A stretch of DNA of 64,000 nucleotides from the NCBI GenBank assembly GCA_013239625.1, contig MU056898.1:2261717-2325716 (forward strand), read 5' to 3'. The DNA comes from Lama guanicoe (lineage: Eukaryota). Of this stretch, positions 1 to 10,860 are shown in pieces (position 1 is the stretch's first letter; every line of letters starts with the position of its first letter). The notes beneath the pieces are model-generated. The model was not told the DNA's origin. It saw only the letters and a list, made by a program, of their open reading frames with translations, and made no database searches. A program made the position numbers and the translations under genes.

Positions 1-984
1 CAAGTTTGGGGGCCAGACCCCTGCTCTAGAGGAGGGGGCTGGAGGCCGGGCAGGCAGCCGAGGGCTGTCGCTGCAAAGGCACCTTGGGAGAGTCAGACCT
101 GCAGGTGCACGGCCAGCTTGTGAGCTGGTGCATAAGCCAAGGCAGAGCCCCCTTGGCGGGCGCAGGGCTGGGGAAGCAGGTGCTGGCTGGGCCATAGCAC
201 CCCGAGCCCTCTCCCCGAGCCCCTCAGCTGGGCACTGTCCTCAGGTGCACCTCGGCCGTGGTGGGCCAGGCTTGGGGTCACGGGGGCCAGGCAGCTCCTG
301 GGGTCCTCCTCAGAGCTCCAGCTGCTTCCTTCTGCCCCGGGGCCACTGGCTTCTGCAGGACGGCCATGCTCTGCCTGGAAAATGACCGTTCCAGGTCTGG
401 GCTGGAGTGAGCCCGACCCACCCCCAGGCACAGGTGACTTCATGCCCCGGAACGGCTGATTTCACACCTCAGATGGCGTTTCTCCGGACAGCAGCCTAGA
501 GCGGCCGCAGGCCTGTCCCCAGAGGTCAAGAGGCAAACATGGACCGTCATCCGCCCCGATGATGAGCTCTCGTGCAGCCTGGAAGGAACTACCCGGCTGT
601 TCTTGGAGCTTCCACCCTGAACCTTGTTCCCACTGCGTCTGCTGGCAGCCAGAGGCCAGTCAACTGAGGTTCTGCGGAGCCGGGGCTCCAACAGGCGCTG
701 GGGCACAGGGTGCCCACCGCCTTCCCCTGTTCCAGACGCAGCCCCCCGCCCTGGATTCACACCTAGGGCAGCCCGACCTGGCCTGGACCTAATGGTCACA
801 GGTCCCGGTCCACTCGTGGGCCAGAGTAGGATTTGGACATGCTTAAAAAAGAAATTCAATAATTGAATTAACAGGAAATACAGTGACATGGTTCCAAACC
901 CCAGGCAGGTCTGTAAGCAGCCAGGAGCCCAGCGGGAGAACGAATGAGGTGGAACGAGGTGGACGCATCAAGGATAGGGCGTCT

Positions 985-1125
985 GTCCTGTGTCGGTCAG
1001 GGAACCGCGCTCCCGCGACACTACTGATGGGGAGACAGCAGGCCGGGTGGACGGGGCTCCCTGTGCAGTCCTCACACTTTTTCTGTACATCTAAACATAT
1101 TCTAAAATAAAAGTTTTATTTAAAG
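985..1125 (+). mobile_element. L1MC-like 3' end
   Basis: ...ttttctgtacatctaaacatattctaaaataaaagtttt is a typical old L1 terminus. Confidence 0.55.
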
Positions 1126-1829
1126 AAAAGTTGGGTGGGGGCTGGCCACATGCTGGGGGACAGGCTGGGACCCCCGCTGTGGCAGGTGCTGGCTCTCTGG
1201 GGAGGCAGAGGCCCAGGGCATCAGCAGGCATGGTCTGAACCCAGAGGGCGGATTGGGGCGGGCCCAGCAGCCGAGGGGAGCAGTGGTCAGAGTCTGGGCG
1301 TTTTCTGAAGCTGAAAAGTGAAGCTTGAGGCCCAGTCTTGCCCGAGGAAGAGGCCAGGGCTGCACTGACCAGTGCGCGGGAGGCGGGAGCAGGTGTGAGC
1401 TGGATGGGGTTCCGTCCAGGTGTGTCCTGACTCCCGACCACCGTGTTGTCTCCCGGACCAGCGATTCCAGGTTGAGAGAGAGGGCTTGGGGTCCAAGTGG
1501 GAGCCGTGGGTGCACCCGGGGTCCCTGCTTCAGTCTGTACCCCAGCACCGCCCACCCCGACCGCAGAGCGAGTCTCCCGGGGGTCCAGCCACGAGGGCCT
1601 GGCTGCATGGGATGGCGTGAAGCTACAGCCGCCTGAGGAGAGGCCTGCAGAGGTGGGACTCCACGCCCCTCCTTGTCCTGGCCGCCACGGCAGCTCTGAT
1701 GCCCCTGGCAGAGGCTCCCTGCCACCTTGTTCATCAAAGCAAAACCAGGCTCCCTGTCTCTTTACAGCTTGTATCTCATCTCACGGGCCTATTTACATGG
1801 ACTTACGCCACAATTCTCTCTTGCTGGGC

Positions 1830-2330
1830 TCTTAGGTCATCATAAGTAAGGATGCACCGAATTCCTGTGCAGGAAACACCTCGCCCGTGCACAGAAGCAG
1901 AGCCACCGGGCACTCCTGTCTCTGGTTGCTTCTGTTGACCTCTGACCCTGGCTGTGCCCCGTGCCCCTCTGCCAGTGGGAGGGTCCCTGTGTTGCCACAG
2001 GTTTGCTGAGACCCAGCGTTGTCCAACATTTCTCTCTGTGCCAATCTGCTAACACAATGGAATCTCCATTTCGTTCTAATTTGCATTTCTCTTGTCACGA
2101 GTGTGTCGAGCATGTTTCTATGTGTGAAAAAGCCACTTGCTTATCTGTGCTCTATTCCCAGGTTTCAGTTGGACTGCTGGCCTCTGTCTCGCGGTTTTGC
2201 AGGCGCTCTTTATGTATTTGGGAAACTAGCTCGTTTTTTCACATGATTGCTAAAACCTTTCCCCAGCTGGTTGACTATCTTCTAACTTTGCTTGCAGTAT
2301 CTTAACAGTTTCTTTAGAAACACCTGGCAC
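1830..2330 (-). mobile_element. Old L1 3'-region fragment
   Basis: ttctaatttgcatttctcttgtcacgagtgtgtcgagcatgtttc matches the antisense L1 ORF2 C-terminal region (REMQIRT..RFH). Confidence 0.7.
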
Positions 2331-5300
2331 ATTTCTAGTCTGCTGATTCCTAGATAAATGTGCCTTTTGCCACAGCTGGAATATTTCACCTCTCTGTTGG
2401 GATGTGAAGCCAGTACTCCGGGCAACAGTAAAGTCGGCCACAGCCAAGAAAATGACAGATGTTTACTGGGAGTCTCAGAGGACTCAAAATATTCTGAGTG
2501 AAGAGGACTCACTGGGTGTGGAGGGGACACGGGATTTGCTGGGAAGGACGAACAGGACACAAAAGCCCACATCAGATGGTGAGTGGTGTGTGACACCAGG
2601 TGAGCGGTTAGGACCAAGCGAATCAATCAGACGTGCTTTGTGCTCGGAGGCCAGAGCACCGGGTAAGCCCCGGGCTGGACTGGGAGGGGCCGCTGGGCAC
2701 AGGACACAGCTGATTTACATTTCACATATGCTCGTGCACCTCAACACAGCATGCATCTGAGGTAGGAAGGAACACAAGAGTAAAAACTGTTTTGGAGACA
2801 GAAGCCCCCTCCTGTTTCCACAGAGACAGGTAGCAACACAGCAGTGACTCTGCCCCGACCGAGAACCACACCTGGGCTGCCCAGAGCCTGCGACCGCAGT
2901 GGGTGGGCCCCGGGCCTCAGTCTAGCCGTGAACCAGAAGCAGGTGGGGCTGTCGCCACCCCGGGATGACACCAAATCTCACAGCGGAGCCAGGAGACCGG
3001 GGGTCAGGTTCTGGGGGGGAGGGGTCGCGTGGCCTGGCAGCCGCCAGGAATCCCGCCCGACCGCTCACCGTCCGGTCTGGTTGGGAGGACCCACGGAGGC
3101 CAGTCAGGGGTGGGGCTGCTGTCACTATCAGCCGAATGTATCTGCTTTGAAATGTGTCTCTTCACACAGAAGAGAAGAGTGTAGTTGGGCTGAACTCGGC
3201 CAGATCACCCGGACTCCACCCTGGCTCTGACACGGGCGGCCGCGGGACCTTTGGCCTGATCTCTGGCCCATTCCTCCCTCAGGGGCCATCCTCCCGACTG
3301 CGTGTTGAGCGCAAGCAGTTCACGGTGAGGTGCGGGCAGGGAGCCACACGGTCTTGCTGGGGAGCAGGTGGCACCAAGTAAGGAAGTAAACATGGGAGTG
3401 TGATTACAACTGTGCGGTGAAGGACATGAGCCAGGTGCTGACGGAGGGGCAGCAGGGGGCCGAGAGGGAGGTGCCAGCTAAAGGAGAAGAGGACAGTGCA
3501 AAGGAGCCACCGTGGAGAGGGGGCGGGGCTCTGGATCCGCCAGCCAGGCCAGTCGGGTCATGTCCAGTAGAATGGTCCGTGCACGTGACTCAGCCACAGG
3601 CAAACATCTCGTGTCAAGCTCCCCGCGCTCGGATAAACCGGGAGCATTCCGGATGCCTCACAGGCTGGCCAGTCAGAGAGGGCTGCCTGGAGTCACCGGC
3701 CTGAGAAATGACCTCAGAGCATCTTGCTTGTTACTGATTAATTTTGTTTGATGTGGGAGTCTGCATGGAGTTTTAACAAGCACTAGCCAGGACTGTAGAC
3801 CGACTGAGCCTTCCAGAATCACCAAGTGCATTTCAGGGTGTTTGCACGCCCAGCACTTCTGGGCTCGTGACTAGACGGCTGAGGAAGGAAAACCTGGGCT
3901 CCCGTTGACTCAGCCGTGAAATTAGGGATCTATCAGGGCCTGCAGTTTTCCCCCTTCAACTCCAGCCTGGAGACTTGTGTGCCTCCCACCGAGAAGTGGA
4001 GGTGTTGGCCTAGACAATGGAAAGGAAAAAACAGAGAAAAGTCCAGAGTCTCCAAAGCCAGGGGAGACCCGTGTGCCCCTGCGTCCGTCCAACCTGCTCT
4101 GAGGGAGGGGAGCTTGTGACAGGTGAGAGAACTGTGGCCCGACTGGGAAGAGGGGGTGTGGGCTGTGGGCACTGGGAGTGGGGAAGGATGGATGTTGACT
4201 GGGCAACCTTGAATTCTCAAGACAGTCCAGGTGGAGCGGGGGCCACAGCATCACAGGCCAGGTAGAGGGGAGCTTGCACGCTGGGGCAATGCATTTGGGT
4301 TTTATTTCCAAGAAACTCGAGAGCTGGAAGTGTCTTGTGGGCAGGAGGGAGGGAGGCCCACGCAGGCTTGCCTGGGGAGGAGGGGCTCCGTACCCAGAGG
4401 CGGGGTGGGGGCGGGGGGCTGGCACGCTCTCTTCTAACCGGGCACCCAGCCGGCTCCGGGCCACCTCCCCGCGCACCGTGTCCCCACCCCGTCGGCAGGG
4501 TGGGTGCTTGTGCCGTTCTCGCTTTGCAGGCTCAGTGGAGACTCGGGCAGGGAATGGATGGTTCTTGAGATCGCACAGTGCCGTCCGGGCTCAAGCTCAG
4601 TCAGCCAGGTCCTTCCCAACCTGACACTGGGAACCGGAAGGCCAGGCGGGCAGCCCCTTCCAGGAGGAGGGTCCAGGGCCAGACTGAGGCTCCTTGTGGA
4701 GGCCAGGGGGCCAGACAGACGGCGGCGGGGAGGTCCAGGGATCAGAGAGGGGACCTGCTTGGCTTTCGGAGCCTTTGCTTTGGAGACAGTGGGAGGGAGC
4801 GAGCGGCCTGGCCTAGGCGGAGCCTTTGCGAAAGACTTGGGATGGATCCCGACTGTGTTCTCTCTGCCCCGTGTGTGCTGGTTCACGGAAAACTGACAAC
4901 AATGTAAATGATTCGTGTCCACAGAAGCCGAGTTAATTTTGTCTGGCAGAATGCAATGGATCACACCTGCGGGCGGACGCCCTTCACATCACTTATTCCC
5001 ACGGGTGGGGGGTTTTGAATTCTCCTGAGAGCCTGTTCTACTGTCCTGATGTCCTCACTGAGTCAGTAAAATCTTTGATGCATTTTAAGTTTGTATGATA
5101 GTCATGACTTCACCCTTTAAGATGATCCTTCAATCCCCACCTCGGTCATCCGAGGTGAGGTCTGGGGCTCAGGGATAGGCAGGGCTTGGGGGGCTGGGCA
5201 GGGCTCCAGGACAGATGCTGAGCTCAGGACAGTGTCATGTGGGTCTGCCCGGCCCCTGTCCTGCCCTGTGTCTCCCTCCTGACAGCACCCACCCCGGGCC

Positions 5301-6199
5301 CTCCCCTTGGGTCTGGGACAGCCCTGCACCCCCACCCTGCAGTGCTGGCATCCTCCGGACTCCCAGCAAATTCACTCTTACACAGTGTTAGTGGCTGATG
5401 GTGGCTTTCTGTGGGCTTTCTTTAACATTTCTATGAGGATACCTTCAAAACCAGAGGGACACCACAAGGTGCCCCGACCAGGATACGGGGGCACAGCCCC
5501 AAACAGCGCCACCCAAGTTCAAACTTGCTTCAACATTCCTGTTTTTGAAATAAGATTTCATGGAAACATTGCATTCTGTGCCAAAGGACCAAGGCTTATT
5601 TCAGTGCAAAACACTAGGCAGACAGGTTAGAGACAGTCTATGGATTTCCAAACTCTGCAGCTCCCTCCAAGGGGCACCTGGGGGGACCACACTGAGAGAC
5701 CCCCCTCAAGGCAGCCGTGCAAGTGTCTGTCCCAGCCTCAGGCAGGGCCTGAGGTCGGAGCAAAACCCCTCCTCAGACAGGAGAGGAATGACAGGCCTCA
5801 TGTTCACTCAGAGACCCTGAAAGGGTATTTGGGGATGGCCAGGGACCAGGGAACACGAGAGCAAACAGAAGCTGGACATCTCGGTGTCTGCTTCTCAGGG
5901 CCCGTGTCCAGGAGTCCCACTGGACAGCCGTCCTACAGGACCCCCACCGGACCACCCTGAGTGGCAGTGGGAGGAGGTGGGGAGGAGCTGTGCTGGGCCA
6001 GAGGGGCCATCTGGGCCGTGTCTCAGCTCAGGCTGGAGTGGAGCTGGGTGTGGAGGGTGACGGGCATTCAGTCTCCTGGAGGTGCCCACGAGGGGCCAGC
6101 TCACTTCACGGTGGAGCACCGGTCAGGGGTGGGGGTCAGCTCACACCCTCCGTTTCTCTGCCTGCGGCCCAGGTGTTCGGTGAGACGTCTGGAGGCCCT

Positions 6200-6950
6200 C
6201 TAGGTGTCAGTGCCCTGCTCCGCAAACGGGGTCTTCCGGGTAACGATTCCAGGAGAGCAAGTGTCAGGTCCCTAGACAGGCCCGGCCGCGGGTAAGCCCG
6301 CTCGGTGGCAGAGCCCACCTGCCGCCCTCGCCGCCGGCTCCATCTTGCCCTGCGCACACTTTCCTTCAGGAGGTGGTCCTGGAAGACCCTGGGCTCCAGA
6401 CCTGGGCACCTTTCAGTGTGGGGGCGGGGCCTGCTCCGTGGGGCGGGGCCTGGACCAGGGAGGGGGTGTCTGGGCCGGGTCCGGATCACTACCGCCCCCG
6501 CCCAGCCTCCCGGCTCCGCTGACCGGCCCATCCCTGGCGCTCTGCTGCCACCTGGTGGCAAGGTGTGGGCGCGCACCCCCGGGCCCCACCTGTGGGAGAC
6601 GCAGGTGCCGTTCTTGTCCCTGCAAGGCCGGATGAGCAGATGAGGATGTCGCGCTTTTAGGCGTCCTGAGGCCCAGGCGCAGGAGGTCCGCGGAGAGAGA
6701 GTGGGCGCAAAGGGAAAGCTGCTCATCCCCCAAAGTTCAGCCGGGCTCAGCTTCTGTGCTGAGAGGGGTCCCTGCCGAGTACATCGCTACCCCTGGTGCA
6801 GAGACACCTGGGCTACACCTGGAGCGCTAAGACGGGCTGTGCTTCCACGCACTGCGAAACTGGGGCTAGAGAGGCCGCTGTAGCTTGGCTTACGGGCGGG
6901 CCTCTCCTGCTATGAGCCAGCGCTGGTCTGGAGCCGCGGAGGAAGCTCTC
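6200..6950. promoter_or_regulatory. Orphan CpG island with two GGGGCGGGGC boxes (6421, 6440)
   Basis: Locally CpG-dense, perfect Sp/KLF boxes, no associated coding exon. Confidence 0.6.
6544..6560 (-). promoter_or_regulatory. CTCF motif TGCCACCAGGTGGCAGC
   Basis: Exact match to the CCASYAGRKGGCRS consensus; nearly palindromic. Confidence 0.7.
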
Positions 6951-7250
6951 GTCTGTGGGTGGAGCCTGTACTCCAGTGAGAGGGACGACAAACGCCAGAA
7001 AATTGTACTATAATTAACATAATACAGCATCACGAAGCATGCTGGGGAGTGCAGTGAAATACAAGGTAAAGGGAAAAGACAGCCGCTAGGGTGGTTGCTG
7101 GCTGGGTCGGGTGGCGGGGAAGGCCACTGGACAGATGGCATTGAGTGGAGACCATCCCAGGCCAGGAGACAGTGGTCCCAAGGCCCTGGAGCAGGAAAGC
7201 CAGGAGGCTGCAGTCCGTGGGTGGGGAGGGAGGGAGAGGAGAGGGTGGGG
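6895..7250 (-). mobile_element. L2 fragment
   Basis: ggagcctgtactccagtgagagggacgacaaac...gggaaggccactggacagatggcattgagtggagacc resembles the L2 3' region; the same family is likely at about 9480-9700, 24400-24700 and 51410-51530. Confidence 0.5.
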
Positions 7251-7289
7251 ACAGGAGCAGACCCTGGCCTGGCGGGGCCCTGGCACAGG

Positions 7290-7356
7290 NNNNNNNNNNN
7301 NNNNNNNNNNNNNNNNNNNNNNNNNNNNNNNNNNNNNNNNNNNNNNNNNNNNNNNN
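7290..7356. other. Assembly gap (67 N)
   Basis: Run of N flanked by G-rich sequence. Confidence 1.
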
Positions 7357-7799
7357 GGGGGGAGCAGGTGGACACTCGCTGCCTCCAGCTGAGTGAGGTG
7401 GGGAGGGGCTCAGGGCTGAGGCTGTAGGAAGTAACTGTGTTCAGCACAAAGGCTGCTGTGGGTGCGGCTGCGGGTGGAGGCAGGTAAGATGAAGGCCGCC
7501 TCCCAGGTGTCAGGCCCTAATCACCCACAGGTGTGATGGGAGCGGGCCAGGTGACGTGTTGTCCGTGGCTGCACTTGGTGAGCCTCGTGTCACACCGCAG
7601 GCATTATCTCATTTATTTAGTGCAATAACCTGAGCTCTGTGCCTTATCTCGCCCGCTCAGCACAGCAGCCCCGTGAGTCAGGCTTGTTGTCCCAGTCTCC
7701 GCACAAGGAAATGGACGCCTAGACGGGGACGCGCTCTTGTTTTCTGTGGCCCGGGGCCTGAGCAGGGCTCGCACCCCAGCTCAGGTAGTGTGTGTGCAG

Positions 7800-7985
7800 C
7801 TGTAAAATTGAGATAATCCACATAACACGAAACTCAATATTTTAAAGGGCACAGTTCACAACGTTGAACAACCATCACCACTATGGAGTTCTAGAACATT
7901 CTCATCGCCTCAGAAAAACCCCACACCTCCAGCGATCACTTCCTCCTCCCCCTCCCTCCTTTCCTGGGTGACCAACACCCTTGCC
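7800..7985 (-). mobile_element. L1MB/MC-like 3' end
   Basis: attgagataatccacataac...ttttaaag...aaccatcaccactat...ttctagaacattctcatc antisense signature. Confidence 0.65.
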
Positions 7986-8889
7986 CCCCCCATGACCCGT
8001 GATGTGAGCTGTGCCAGGTTCCCCTGATTTTGTAACCAGGGCCCCTGAGGCCTCAGCCTTCTCCCTGCTGAGCGTCCAGTGCTCACAGTTACACCTCTCA
8101 GACTCCCTGGAATCAGGGAGGAGTCAGCCCCCCGCAGGTAACACGGGTGGGAGAGGGTGGGCAACACAGGCTTTGTGCGGCAATGTCCATGATGCACTGC
8201 TGGGGTGTGGAGAGCAGGACCAATTTGTGTAACAAGTGTTGGGTAGAATTGTAGGTCTGTGTCTGCCGAGAAAGGTGTGTGAGTGTGGCCCACAAAGTGT
8301 GCAGGGCGCCTGCCTTTGGGGTTCGGGATTGTGGGGAAGTGGCTGAAGTGGGTAAATTGTCCAGAAATGAACACCCACTTCCCCGAGGGAAGTGCCCTTC
8401 CTGGCCCTGGACTTGGGGTGTGGCTGTGTGACTCGCTCTGGACACAGGATGTGTGGACGTGGTCCCGGCGGAGGACTTGCATCCGTGCTGCCCTCTTGCA
8501 CCTCTGAGGCCTTTGCAGAAGGAGCTTCCCCCAGGTGGTCTGAACCCCAGAAAATGCAGACAGCAGCCTGAGCCCAGCCTGCAGTGAGGGCAGCACAAGC
8601 ATAGTTCAGGCTGAGGCCGAGCCCAGCCCTGCTGCACACTCTTTGCTTGAGCTGCTGAGTTTTGGGGTAGCCATTTCTCGGCATTATCTTGGCAGGAGCT
8701 GATGGATACAAAGGGAGAGTGAGCAGGGGAATTCACATTTTACCCTGTATCCGAACATTTTTAAGCAAACACAGTTTAGAATAAAAAGAGGTGTCACAGG
8801 GTGGTGGGGGTTGGGGTACACCTACTAACATCCAGCTGGCCCCGATGTCATGAAGGAGAGAGGTGACGTCATTGCAGAGTCTGAGTATT

Positions 8890-9390
8890 AGGAGGGTCCT
8901 GAGGGAATATTAGGAACCATTTTCATTAATCAGACAACATATGTGAAATGTGCAAATTCCTTAAAAATTGCAAACTGCCAAACCTCATTAAAAAACAGAC
9001 AACCTGATCAGCCCTATGTTTATTAAAGAAATCAAATTAGTAATTAAAGCCATTCCTGCACAGAAAGCTCATGTGGGTTCAGTGGCCACAATTCTACCAA
9101 AATGTAAATTCTACACCAATTCTTCATAAATTTGAAAAGGTGGGAATACTTTCGGACTCATCCTGTAAGAGCAGATCAGTGTTCCCTCGTTATCAAAGCC
9201 AGACCACGTCCTCAGAGGGAAGCTGCAGCCGTCTCCCTCATGAACGCAGATACAAAAAGTCTGAACAAGATCCTATCAAACTGAATCCAGTGTTTATAAA
9301 AAGACAAATATGTCGTGGCCAAGGGGAGTTTATCCCGGGAGTGGAGCGGTGTTGTAATGTTTACAGTCAACGCCATCACCTGCAGTCACG
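8890..9390 (+). mobile_element. Old L1 ORF2 fragment
   Basis: A-rich; resembles the L1 region between EN and RT (aaattcctt...aaactgcc...aaagaaatcaaattagtaattaaa...ttctaccaaa...gggaatact). Confidence 0.7.
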
Positions 9391-10687
9391 ACAGGGAGGG
9401 GCGGTAACTTTCAAGAGCCATTGAGGGCTTTATGGAATTCTCCCTGGTGAACACCGGGGACCTCTAGAGGGTGCTGTGGTCAAAGCAGGAAGGAAGAACG
9501 CTGGAGTCAGAGCTGCTAGGGCAGGCGGTGGGGTCCTCGACACCTTCCAGCCCAGCCCAGACAGTCCAGGAAGGCTTCCTGGAGGAGGCAGCATGATCAC
9601 TGAGTCTTGAGCACAAACATGAGTTAGAAAGCTGAGAGGGGAAGGTGCCCAAGCGGAGGGAGTGGAGAAGGCCAGGAAGGCAGGCTCAGCCTGGAGGGCT
9701 GGAGGACCCCCGGCTCTGGGTTGGGGAGGAGGACTTGGTCAGGGTCTCTGGAGACAGAGACCGGGTGAGGGAACACTTATTACTGAAGTTGCAGGAATGT
9801 TAAACAATGAAAAATTACTTTGTTCTAAGATGGAATAACTGGCCAAACAGGGCTGTGTTTTTTAAGGGTGGTCTTAATGCTTAGGTTCCACCACATGTAA
9901 CAGACTGCGAGTGTCACCTCACTGGACAGAGTATAGAAAATGTACCCGCAGTCCCCTGCAGACATGCGGCCCGGAGCCCCAACATGCTCCTGCTCAAGCC
10001 CTGGCCTTGGGCCGGATCCCAGCCATCGGGGTGCCCGGCAGCCCCAGGGAGGGTCTCGGCCTTGATCAGCGTGCCCTGCGGGGGGCCAGCAGCCACAGGC
10101 AGACAGAGGCGCTGGGGCCTGGACAGAGAGGGCAGAAAAGGGGCTGCAGGGGAGGAAGGGTCGCCGGTGGAGCTGAGCTTTCTGTCTGGAGGAGACCACG
10201 CTGGCCCATCAGGGACGACCCCAGGGGACATTTGGAAAGTTCTCACGGTCGGATCCCATTTGTGACACAAGCCGGGTGGCCCAGGGCCCAGTGCTGGACA
10301 TGCACTCCCTCCTGGGAGGCAGCCGAGGCTTCCACGCCGCGTGAGAGGCTGTCAGATGGAGGTGGTTATGGACGTGATTTTTCTGAGGTTCTATGAGCAG
10401 GTGCCAGGTCCGCGGCCCCACCCAGATTACGTCTCAGTCAGGGTTAAAAGGCATCTGGCGTTTCCCTGTGATTTATGTTCTGACCTTTACAGCCAGCGGC
10501 GCTAATTGCTTCACCAGCCCTGCCACCCCTGCTCTGAGAGGTGTCTCACAGCAGCCCCTGAGCGGCGCCCTGAGACCTGGCGGGACCCCCACCAGCCACC
10601 CCCGCAGAGGAAGCCTTCCTGTGAGACCTGGGGAGCTCATACACTTCTTAGCATGTAAAGGATTGGAAAAGATGTTTGTGTTACCAT

Positions 10688-10860
10688 GACACACGCACAC
10701 GAGCTCACCCACGTGAGCACACTTACATGTGCAGTGCTCACCTACGTGCACACACAGTGTACATTCACACCCACGTGTGCACTCACCAGTGCGCACAGGC
10801 ACATACCTGGCAGACGTGCAGGCACGGCCCCACGTGTGCCAGTATGCAGACGCACGCAGA
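10688..10860. repeat. Degenerate CA/TG-rich low-complexity tract
   Basis: Alternating purine-pyrimidine cacac/gtgtg/cacgtg runs. Confidence 0.7.
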
